This document shows positions 10,011 to 21,200 of a stretch of 64,000 nt of DNA, in pieces. The notes under the pieces are model-generated. The model made no database searches, was not told where the DNA came from, and saw nothing but the letters and a program-made list of their open reading frames with translations. A program made the position numbers and the translations under genes. The stretch is from positions 7,812,001-7,876,000 of the forward strand of contig JAWMAR010000016.1 of NCBI GenBank assembly GCA_036785375.1, in the 5' to 3' direction. How positions within the stretch are numbered: the first letter of the stretch is position 1; each line of letters opens with the position of its first letter. The stretch comes from Leucoraja ocellata (taxonomy: Eukaryota).

Positions 10011-11499
10011 TATTGGGATTAGCAGATAGACATATGACGTTGAGCTGGCCAAAGGGCCTGCTTCTTTGCTGTATGTTTCCATAGCTCTATTGATAAAAGG
10101 CATGTCACTTTTTTATTTATTAGTTTTTTAGGATCTAGGCTTTGCTGAAGTCTGCATTTATTGCCTGTTTTAAATTGCCCTAGAGAAGGTAGTGGCGAGT
10201 CACCTTCTTGAACTGATAAAGTCCTTCTGATGAAAATGTTTTTATAATACTCTCTAGCTGATCCAGTTAAATTCTGAAGAGATTAAACTATTCTCTGATA
10301 AATGCAAATTAAAGAATAGACACTTTTATGACCATTGCTGCCAGTTTTCACCCAGCTCTTATTATCATGTGGCATATTCTCTATTTTGGTAATTCTACCT
10401 CAAACTTAGGCATTGGTTTGTGACCAACGTTCACTGCAAGCCATTTGAAGCTCACAATTATCACCACTACCCCCCTGCTACTGCCCTGCTTTCTGCAAGG
10501 GCTCCATTCCACTCTCCCTTATCCATCCCTTTCTGTTGATGAGCTTTTCCATATATGTGCCTTTGAAGCCGTCTCAGATATTGTGCTTTATACATTACCA
10601 TGGCGTCCCCCTCAACCATAGATGATAGAGAGCTCAACTGCATCACTCTATTATCTACATTTCTAATAGCTCGGACTCCCAGTGAAAGCCAAGTTAGGCT
10701 TCCTTTTGTTCCCAACTTTTGACCCACAAACCTGCACAGTCAACAATAACCTGTAATAGTTTTCATCACATTCAACAGGATTCTGTCAATAGACATAACT
10801 TATCCTTCACCTCTCTGCATTTTGAAGCGACTATTGTTTCCTCTTCTATCTCCACCATTCACCTTATCACAGTGTTTTTCCATGGAACCATAGGTAAAGA
10901 AACACCAACCATTTTTCCTATTATCTTCCCACCATCTGGGGACAGAATCTCATTGTGAAATAACTATTTGCTTGCACTTCTTCCAGTTTAGCATATGGCT
11001 CATGATATGGTCTCCTCCAAACACACGTTGGGTACCCGGTTTGAAGGACATCTCCACTCAGGGTGACTCTGAGCTTTCAGTCGTCATCATTTTAATTCTA
11101 ACATGTTATTCATTACACCGTTACGAAAGCTGGAGTTTGTTGAGTTAAAGGCAACTAAAAGCACCGATTGTGTTTGACTAAACATTAAGTTTTACACATA
11201 AAACATTCTTCAACCACAGTTATAAAATCTACAGTGTTATCGTGATATTCTAATCTGATAAAAACATTGTATTAACTAATATAATCTTACTTAGGCTTTT
11301 ATAGTTTTGAGTGTGGATTTCCACACATTTTGTCCCATCTCCTTTCAAACGGCTGGGTGTGAGTATTGGTCACTCTCAGCAATCTGCTTGACTCGCAGTC
11401 TGTTCACTGAACCGGCAGCTAATCGGAGTTTGTCGGGAAGAACTGCAGATGCTGCTGCTTTAAATCGAAGATAATAGACACAAGATGCTAATCGGGGTG

Positions 11500-11957
11500 G
11501 ATGTGTGTGTGTAGTGAGGTGGAGGTGGAGCGGAGGCCGTGGCCCGGTGCAGTGAGGCGAGCTGCGGGGAGGAGCGTCTACGGGCTGGGCGGCTACTCAA
11601 CCAGAGGCCGGGTCCCCTTGGAGTGAGGGCCGGGCAAGGCCGCTCGGCGGGCGGGCGGGTCCAGCGAGGAGGAGTGTCGCTGGGGCAAGGCCGTTCCCCT
11701 CAGCCCGGCGACCAGAGGCCTACCGGCGGCCACATCCAGCTGGGTGGAGAGTGGGCGGTGTGGGCTGCCGCTCAGCCCGGAGACCAGAGGCCGAGGCCGG
11801 GCAAGGCCGGGCGGGTCCAGCGGGGGGCAGTGTCGGCGGACAGGGCCGCGCCCCTCACTCAGCCCGGCGGCGAGCAGAGGCGGGCCTGCGGACTCCCGGG
11901 CCGAGCGACGGTCACTGTGCCCCGCCACCAGAGGCCGGGCCGAGCCGAGCGGCGACC
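11500..11957 (+). promoter_or_regulatory. GC/CpG-rich AP4B1 leader or CpG island with degenerate internal duplications
   Basis: Very GC-rich, with no ATG seen between 11515 and the AP4B1 start. Recurring blocks: ACCAGAGGCC (x4), GGGCAAGGCCG (x3), CTCAGCCCGG (x3). Confidence 0.65.
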
Positions 11958-12295
11958 ATGCCCTACTACGGCTCCGAGGACACGGTGAAGGAGCTGCGGC
12001 GGGCTCTGGCTAACCCCGGGCTACAGGCGGACAAGCTGAGGTACAGGAACCTGGTGCTGAAGGTGATCCGCTACATGAGCCAGGGGCTGGATGTCTCCGC
12101 TCTCTTCATGGAGATGGTGAAGGCCAGCGCCACCGTGGACGTGGTGCAGAAGAAGCTGGTCTACCTGTACATGTGCACCTACGCTGCCCTGAAACCCAAC
12201 CTGGCGCTCCTGGCCATCAACACCCTGCGCAAGGACAACACTGATCCCAACCCCATGGTCAGGGGGCTGGCGCTGAGAAGCATGTGCAGTCTCAG
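11958..12295 (+). CDS. AP4B1: AP4B1 coding exon 1 (338 nt)
   Basis: gaccATGccc start; [13 protein letters not shown]...[17 protein letters not shown]; donor CAG|gtttgt. Confidence 0.96.
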
Positions 12296-15200
12296 GTTTG
12301 TTCATATCTGTTCTGCTGAGTCCTTCTCTCCACAGATGCTTCCTGTCCCATTGAGTTACTCCAGCATTTTGGTGTCTACTGCTTTGGGGGAAGTGGACAT
12401 GGTAGATTGCTCATGAAATGGGGGCAATGAATCCCTAAGCACACTGGGGGAGTCTTAAGATTAAAGGAAATGTGCAGAGTAAGTTTTTTTACACATAGGG
12501 TGTTGAGTGTATGGAATGAGCTGCTGGGGGTGGTGGTGACAGTAGATATGATAGTGGCATTTAAGAGACTTTTGGATAGGCTCATAAACATGGAGGGATA
12601 AGGATAATGTGTTGGCCTTGGCACTATGTCGACATTTTGAAGCTGGCCTTGACATTATGTTGGACATTTTGAAGTTGTAACTAGGAAAATGGACAAGGGA
12701 GAGCCAGTGGATGTTTTGTACCTGGACTAAGAGATTTGCGGGCATAATTAGGGCACATGGTATTGGGGGTAGAGTGCTGACATTGATAGAGAAATGGTTG
12801 GCAGACAGGAAGCAAAGAGTAGTGATTAATGGGTCCCTTTCAGAATGGCAGGCAGTGGCTAGTGGGGTACTGCAAGGCTCGGTGCTGGGCCCATAGCTAT
12901 TTACAATATGCATCAATGATTTGGATGAAGGGATTCAAAGTAACATTAGCAAATTTGCAGATGACACAAAGCTGGGTGGCAGTGTGAACTGTGAGGAGGA
13001 TGCTATGAGAATGCAGGGTGACTTGGACAGGTTGGGGGAGTGGGCAGATGCATGGCAGATGAAGTTTAATGCAGATAAATGTGAGGTTATCCACTTTGGT
13101 AGCAAAAACAGGAAGGCAGATTACTATCTAAATGATGTCAAGTTGGGAAAAGGGGAAGTACAGTGGGATCTGGGGTCCTTGTACATCAGTCTATGAAAGT
13201 AAGCATGCAGGTACAGCAGGCAGTGAAGAAAGCGAATGGCCTGTTGGCCTTTATAACAAGAGGAATCGAGCAACAAGGTCCTTCTGCAGTTGTGCAGAGC
13301 CATAGTGAGACCACACCTAGAGTATTGTGTGCAGTTTTGGTCCCCTAATTTGAGGAAGGACATTCTTGCTATTGAGGGAGTGCAGCGTAGGTTTACAAGG
13401 TTAATTCCCGGGATGGCGGGACTGTCATATGCTGAGAGAATGGAGCAGCTGGGCTTGTACACTCTGGAGTTTAGAAGGATGAGAGGGAATCTCATTGAAA
13501 CATACAAGATTGTTAAGGGTTTGGACACGCTAGAGGCAGGAAACATGTTCCCGATGTTGGGGGAGTCCAGAACCAGGGGCCACAGTTTAAGAATAAGGAG
13601 TAAGTCATTTAGAACGGAGACGAGGAAACACTTTTTCTCACTGAGAGTGGTGAGTCTGTGGAATTTTCTGCCTCAGAGGGTGGTGGAGGCAGGTTCTCTG
13701 GATGCTTTCAAGAGAGAGCTAGATAGGGCTCTTAAACATAACGGTCGGGGAATATGGGGAGAAGGCAGGAACGGGGTACTGATTGGGGATGATTAGCCAT
13801 GATCACATTGAATGGAGGTGCTGGCTAGAAGGGCCGAATGGCCTACTCCTGCACCTATTGCCACTATGGTCTGTACACTCCACCATTCTATATTCTCATA
13901 AGATCATAAATAATAGTAGTAGAATTAGGCCATTCGGCCCATCAAGTCTACTCCGCCATTCAATAATGACTGATCTATCTCTCCCTCCTAACCCCATTCT
14001 CCTGCTTTCTCCCCATAACCTCTGACATACTAATCAAGAAATAACAACTCGTCCTAATTGCCTATGGAGCTAATCTGAAACTAATGTAATTGCCTTCCTT
14101 CACAAATGCATCGCTGGGCAAAGACAATGCCTCTAAACCTCTGAACATCAGTCAAGGATGTATATCTTTTCCAGCCATTAAGTCCAATGAGAAGAAACCA
14201 TAATCAAAGTAGATGCGAGAGCTGTTTATGCTTTTGCCTAACATTCGACTGAAATGTCAGATACAAATCTCAGCGCAGTGAAGTAATTACACCTGCGCTG
14301 CCCAAAATATCACCTCGTGCTCTGTCAAATCACCTTAATGCAACACTATTCAATGCTTCGTCATTATGCACGCCTCAATCACTCTTGTAAATTCTGACCT
14401 CCTGCTCCCTGCCATTAACTCCTCAGCCATGCATTCATTTACTTTCATTCGTTCTATCCATGATTGACTTGGATTTTGGAAGGGAATTTGAATCCCCCAA
14501 TTTATTTCCCATGGCAGGTTTTCCATAGCGGTGAGGTTTATTTCTAATCGTTTACTCTATGTTAACAAAAAAATGTCTACGTTTCCAAAGAATAGCAGTA
14601 ATTTGATTGTACAATTTGTGTAAGATTGTAAGGAACACTTTTCCAATCACCTGTTATATGATACATGTAACATAAAGAATGACCACTTGAGAGCAGTGTT
14701 GGCAGGAGCAAGCACTCTAGCTTTATAGAGGCGTAGTAATAATTGAACATAGTACTCGCAGGAACAGGCCCTTAGGTTCACAATGTCTGTGCCAAATATA
14801 ATACCAAATTAAACTAATCTTTTCTGCCTGCATGTGACCCCTCCATTCCCTACATTGGCAACTGCCAATCTGAAAGCCCTTTTAAGGGCCACAATCATTT
14901 CAGTTACCATGACGACCCCGTGTGTGTGTGAGAGGAAAAAAATGCCCCACACATCTTTTAGCTTTCCCTCATTGACCTTAAAGCTATACCCTCTAGTATT
15001 TGACACTTGTATCCTGAAGAGAAAAAGTACTGGCATATACCTCTCATAATTTTATAAACTTTTCGTCAGGTCTCCCCTCGGTCTACAACGCTTCAGGGAA
15101 AATAATTCAAGTTTGTCCAAGTTCTCTTTGTAGTTAATAGTCTTTAATCCAGGCAACATTCCAGTGAACCCATTCCTCACCCTATCCAAAGCCTCCAAAC

Positions 15201-18200
15201 ACTGCCTGTATTGAAGTGGCCAGAACTTCACCAGAGATGAGCTTTAGCCATTAAATCACTGTGAAAGAGACAGCTACTACAATCCCTGGGTGGAGGTGTG
15301 ACTAAAAAGTAGAAATGCTGCAGTTGTTAGTAATGGGGGTTTTTACTACAAAATATGACTTTATTTGAGAAATAAATATATCCAATACATGATCCTTACA
15401 AGACTCCATCCAACATTCTCGGAGGCTATAGATACATTCAATACTGTTTACACAAATTTATCCCCCACCCATACCACTCATGTGGCCCACTGGCATGGAA
15501 CATTTTCCCTTATTTTTGAGGGGCGCCTCCACCACATCCTGCCCCCCCCCCCATGTCCAGCTGCGGGAGGACCCTAGACTGTGGTCCTCCCCCACCAGAT
15601 GCGGTCCTCCAGATGTCCCTTAGTGTAATTGAGAGAAGTTAGGTGTGGTGGTAACATCTGCTCTGTACCCTGACGTTGTTCCACTTTTGGGGCACAAGTT
15701 GAGATCTGTGTTTTTTGTGTCATAATTACAGAATGGCAAGCTTACTACCTCCTAAAATACAGATATCCTTGGATTATCTTTTTACATTGCTTGTTTTCTT
15801 TCTGAATTCATTGTATGTGATTAGTTGTTCCGTCAATCTGATGCCACTACAGCTGCTGGATGACAGGTGTCCTTGGAAATGAATTGTTAGAGGTATTTCT
15901 TTGGGGGCTTTCATACGGGGTCAGCATAATGAGTGTTGCCATTTGGTCAGTCACATGAAGCAGAAAAACTGGGTGCAAAGTAGGGAACTGAATGTTATTA
16001 TGGCAGTATCTGACTGTGACATTTGATGTAAACATGGAAACAGAAAATAGGTGCAGGGGTAGGCCATTCAGCCCTTTGAACCAGTACCGCCATTCAATAT
16101 GATCACGGCTGATTATCCAAAATCAGTACCCTGTTCCTGCTTTCTCCCCATATCCCTTGATTCCGTTAGCCCTAAGAGCTATATCTAACTCTCTCTTGAA
16201 TATATCCTATGAATTGACCTCCCTTCTGTGGCAGAGGATTCCACAGATTCACAAACTCTCTGGGTGAAAAATGTTTTCCTCATCTCAGTCCTAAATGGCC
16301 TACCCCTTATTCTTAAAATGTAGGGAATGACGGTGGCATTATGCTTAATTCCATCATGATGGAATGGAAATACAGCTGTTAAGCTGGTAATTTTTGGCAA
16401 CACCCTGTAAACTGTCAGCTTCATGGACCTTGTTTCACTGTCTGAGAATCTCTGCAACCTGGTATTAAAGTTATTTGCCATTTCTGCAAATATGGATAAA
16501 TAACACATCTCTTCACTGAATCAATGATGCTTAAGTACACTGTGTTTTGTTTAGAATGCCTGGGATAAGCGAATATATTCAGCAGCCAGTGTTGAATGGA
16601 TTAAGAGATAAAGCATCCTATGTCAGGAGAGCAGCAGTCCTGGGATGTGCTAAAATGCAGACCCTTCAGGGAGACGCAGAAGTTGGTAAATACAATACAT
16701 ATCTTTTCCTTGCTTATTGCTAAACCGGAAGGCCATTGGGTTCATGCCAGCTTCAAGCATATATAATATTTTTGGTTTGGTAAAAGGCGATTGCATGTGG
16801 TGTAATTCTTTTTCCTAACTGATCACTGACGTTGACCTGTTAGAAGTACAATAACACTGTTAATCTGGCACGCTCAGGACCCCGTTGGTGAGTATGCTGC
16901 ACTATTCAATATTATTCCAACTCGTACACCCAAACACTTTCAATTTACTTTTTCGTGGTGGTATTACAAACGTTCCAGGGAATCTGCTGAGTTTAGAATA
17001 GTGCACTGGGTTCAAGGGAGGACAGAGACCAGGCCCCAGATGAATCAAATACCAAACCATAGGGATTGCTGGACAATTGTAAAGGCAATTATAGACAAAA
17101 GTATACTTCATATGGAGCTGTCTTAAATTAGCTTGAATTGCCATTGGCAGCAAGTTTTTGTTTGCTGAGATATTGTGCATATGATGACATTTTTTATAAT
17201 CTACTCTTATTATCTTGCATTAGTGGTTATAAATATGATCCTGATTTGTGTCCTGTTTGTTTACAGCCAGTACAGCGTAAGAAAGAACTGCAGATGCTGG
17301 TTTAAAACAAACATAGACAAAAAATGCTGGAGTAACTCAGCTTTATAGGCAGCATCTCTGGGGAGAAGGAATGGGTGATTTTTCGGATTGCTACTTCTTC
17401 TGAAGGGTCTCGACCTGAAACGTCACCCATTCCTTTTCTCCAGTGAAGCTGCCAGTCCCGCTGAGTTACTCCAGCATTTTGTGTCTAATACAGTAGAGCT
17501 TCTTGCTAGCATTAATTACTGGTCAGAGGTAATGACATGGGTTGTGTTGTAATGTGTCTACATCTCTTGTGCCCCCCACGCCCTTCCATCAGATGGGGCA
17601 ATGGTAAATGAACTATATGCAATGCTGCGTGACCCCGATCCAATTGTTATGGTGAACTGCTTAAGAGCATTGGAAGAGATCTTGAAACGTGAAGGGGGTG
17701 TTGTCATCAATAAGCCGATAGCACATCACCTTTTAAACAGGTTAGTTCTCTGCAGTGACATTCTTTTAATATGTTTCCTTTCTACAGATATTTAGCAGCA
17801 GTTTTTGTCTCTATCAAAATGGTGGCAATAAAGGGCTTCAGGATTACTTCATGGTAGTTGTCATTTTAAAGGCTACTTCCTAAGATGATATCATACTTTT
17901 ATTCCATTTCTTGTTATATTACTTGCTGTCTTGAAGGGCAAGATTTTATGTTGTTAACATCAAAATTGAATTCAAACCCATATTTTTAATGCCTCAGCCA
18001 TTATATTGAAACATTGGGATGGAGATATATTTTCACACAAAGGGTGGTGGATATATGGATTTCTACAGATATTCAGCACCAGTTTTTTGCCTATCAAAAT
18101 GGTGGCAATGAAGGGCTTCAGGATTACTTCACGGGTAGGTGTCATTTTAAAGGCTACTTCCTAAGAGCATATTAAACTAAGCTGCCAGAGAAGATAGTTG

Positions 18201-21200
18201 AAGCTGGGACTATCCCAACATTTAAGAAACACTTAGACAGGTACATGGATAGGACGGGTTTGGAGGGATATGGGCCAAATGCAGGCAGGTGAGACTAGTG
18301 TAGCTGGGTCATGTTGGCCGCTGTGGGCAAGTTGGGCCGAAGGGCCTGTTTCTACACTATGTCACTCTATGACTCTAAATGTAGTCATCGGGTGCAAACG
18401 GCCAGTTTGACTGTAACCTAGGAAAAGGTATATAGATACCTTTATATCCAGATTGCCATTACGTGATACAGGTGCACAACCTTTTATCCGGTGTTCCAGA
18501 AACCGAAAAGCTCCGAAAACCGGCCATTTTTTCCAGATGTCGTCTGCGCACCAAAGCTCGCGTTTGGCGCCAAACTTGACCCAAAACGACCCACGGTCAA
18601 CCCAGGTCTGTACTACTGTAGCGGCTGCCTCCTCCCCGGAGACCGGGAGACGCTTAAACATCTGTAAATCATTGCTTAAATGTTAGTCAGTTAGTTTGGA
18701 GGGCTTTTACGTGAAGGGGGGTGAAGGGGTAAACTTTAATTCTTAGTCCCCTACCTGGTCGGAGAGGCGGGGAGCGGTCAATGCCTTACCGGGTCGCCGT
18801 GCAGTAAGCTCCGCAGCGCTGTGGCCGGTGGGGCTGCCGGTTGTAGCTCCGACCCCGGCAACTCTACCACTGGCTGCGAGGCGCTCCAAATCCAGCGCGG
18901 CCCGCGGCCGGGCGCCCCAGCTCCGCGAATGTCGGGAGTCGGCGGCGTCGCAGCGCTGGGATACCAGCGGGGAGCGGGCAATGCCTTACCGGGTCGCCGT
19001 GCGGCAAGCTCCGTAGAGTTGCCAGGGTCGGAGCTCCAACCGGCGCCGCCCGAGGCCGGACGGAGCCCCCAGCTCCGCGGCTCCAAATCCAGCGACGCTC
19101 TGCGAATGTTGGAAGAAGGCGGCCACAGCGCTCCGGAGCTTGCCGCACGGCGACCCGGTAAGGCATTGCTCGCTCCCCGCTGGTATCCCAGCGCTGCGAC
19201 GCCGCCGACTCCCGACATTCTCGGAGCTGGGACGTCCGGCCGCGGGCCGCGCTGGATTTGGAGCGCCTCGCAGCCAGGGGTAGAGTTGCCGGGGTCGGAG
19301 CTACAACCGGCGCCGCCCGCGGCCGGACGGAGCCCCTAGCTCCGCGATGTTGGGAGTCGCCGACCAGGTAGGGGACTAAGAATTAAAGTTTCCCCCTTCA
19401 CCCCTACACCACCACCACCACATAAAATCCCTCCAAACTAACTGACTAACATTTATGCAATGATTCTCCCGGTCTCCGGGGAGGAGGCAGCTGCTCCAGA
19501 CTTTTCAAGCCGCCCGCGCTACCTACCTAATCTACGCTAAAAATCTTCCATTCTGAAATCCGAAAATGTCCGAAATCCGACAAGTGTCTGGTCCCAAGGC
19601 TTTCGGATAAAAGGTTGTGCACCTGTACTTCCTTTAACGTTACTATAGCCAAATAGCCTGCCAGTGCTCATTATCTGAGGACATCGAGGGAAATCAATGG
19701 ATAATGTCTAGTTTCATTGGGACAGCACTTCAGCATCAAATCATTCTTTCTGACAGTTATGGGAATGTTTCAGAATTGAGAAATATGTAGAAATGGGAAC
19801 ATGATAAAATGGAATGAAGCAATTTTATTGAGGCACTCTACTCCATTTTTATTTAGAATGAAAGACTTGGATCACTGGGGTCAGAGTGAAGTGCTGACGT
19901 TCCTAGTTCGCTACACGCCTCGATCTGAAGATGAAATGTTTGCTATTCTGAATGTACTCGATGGGTTTCTCAAGAGCAGCCAGCCCAACGTTGTCATGGC
20001 AACCACCAAACTTTTCCTCCTCTTAGCTGAAAATTTCCCCAATGTACAGACGGATATTTTGGAAAGGATCAAAGGGCCCTTGTTGACCATCTGCACCTCG
20101 GAGTGCTATGAACTGTGTTTCCTGGGCCTGTGTCACGCCCGGGAGATTCTCCGCAGCTTTCCCGGGCACTTCTGCGGTCACTACAAGAAGTTCTACTGCA
20201 CATACTCTGAACCAAATTACATCAAGTATCAGAAGATGGAGATTTTGCGGGATCTGGTAAATGATGAAAATGTTCAGCAAATACTTGAAGAGCTCCAGAC
20301 CTACTGTACCGATGTTTCTGTAGAACTAGCTCAGATGGCCATCTTAAATATAGGTGAAAGAAGTGAATCTATTTTGCATGTTGACGCCTTTCAATTTAAT
20401 GCAATTGTACTACAGGTCCAGTTAGAAACCTACTGACTCCTGCAGCTATTTAGACTACACCTTCCCACCGACCTCCAGCAAGGCCTCTCTCGTATTCCCA
20501 ATTCCTCCATCTCTGCTGCATCTGCGCCCAATATGAAGTGTTCCATACCAGGACAACTGAGATGTCCTCATTCTTTAGGGGATGGGGGTTCCCCTCTTCT
20601 ATCATAGATGGGGGCCATCACACGGGTCTCCTCAGTATCCTGTAGCTCTGTTTTTGCTCCCCGTCCCCTCGGTTGCAACAGGGACAGAGTCCACCCCTAG
20701 TCCTCGCCTTCCACCCGTCAGCCTTCCCATACAGCACATAATCCTCCGACATTTTTGACACCTCCAACGGGATCCCACCACTAGTCACATCTTCCCATCT
20801 CTACCCCTTTCTTCTTTCCGAAGAAACGTTTCCCTTCACTACGCCTTGGTTCACATCGTTCCCACCCAACTACCCCCTCCCCAGGTACTTTCCCCTGCAA
20901 TTGCAGGAGGTGCAACACCTGTGCTTGTACCTCCTCCCTCGGCTCCATCCAGGGATGCCGACAGTCCTTTCTGTTGAGGCAAAGGTTCACTTGCACCTCC
21001 TCTGACCTCGTCTACTGTATCCACTGTTCCAAGTGTGGAGTCCTATATATTGGCGAGACCAAGCACAGACTGGCCGATCGTTTTGCTGAACATCCGTGCT
21101 CAGTCCGCCTTGGCCTACATGGACTCCCAGTTGCCAAACATTTTAACTCCCATTCCCTACTGATCTTTTGTCCTGTGCTTCCTCCATTGTCAGAGTGAGG

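Noticed and set aside
11539-11988. Long overlapping ORFs upstream of AP4B1, including a GTG-initiated in-frame extension from 11751
   Set aside because: Expected in very GC-rich, stop-poor DNA; homology to AP4B1 begins exactly at ATG 11958.
18778-19339. Mirror-image ORFs of 146-172 aa on both strands
   Set aside because: An artefact of the GC-rich inverted repeats of the MITE; no transposase motifs.
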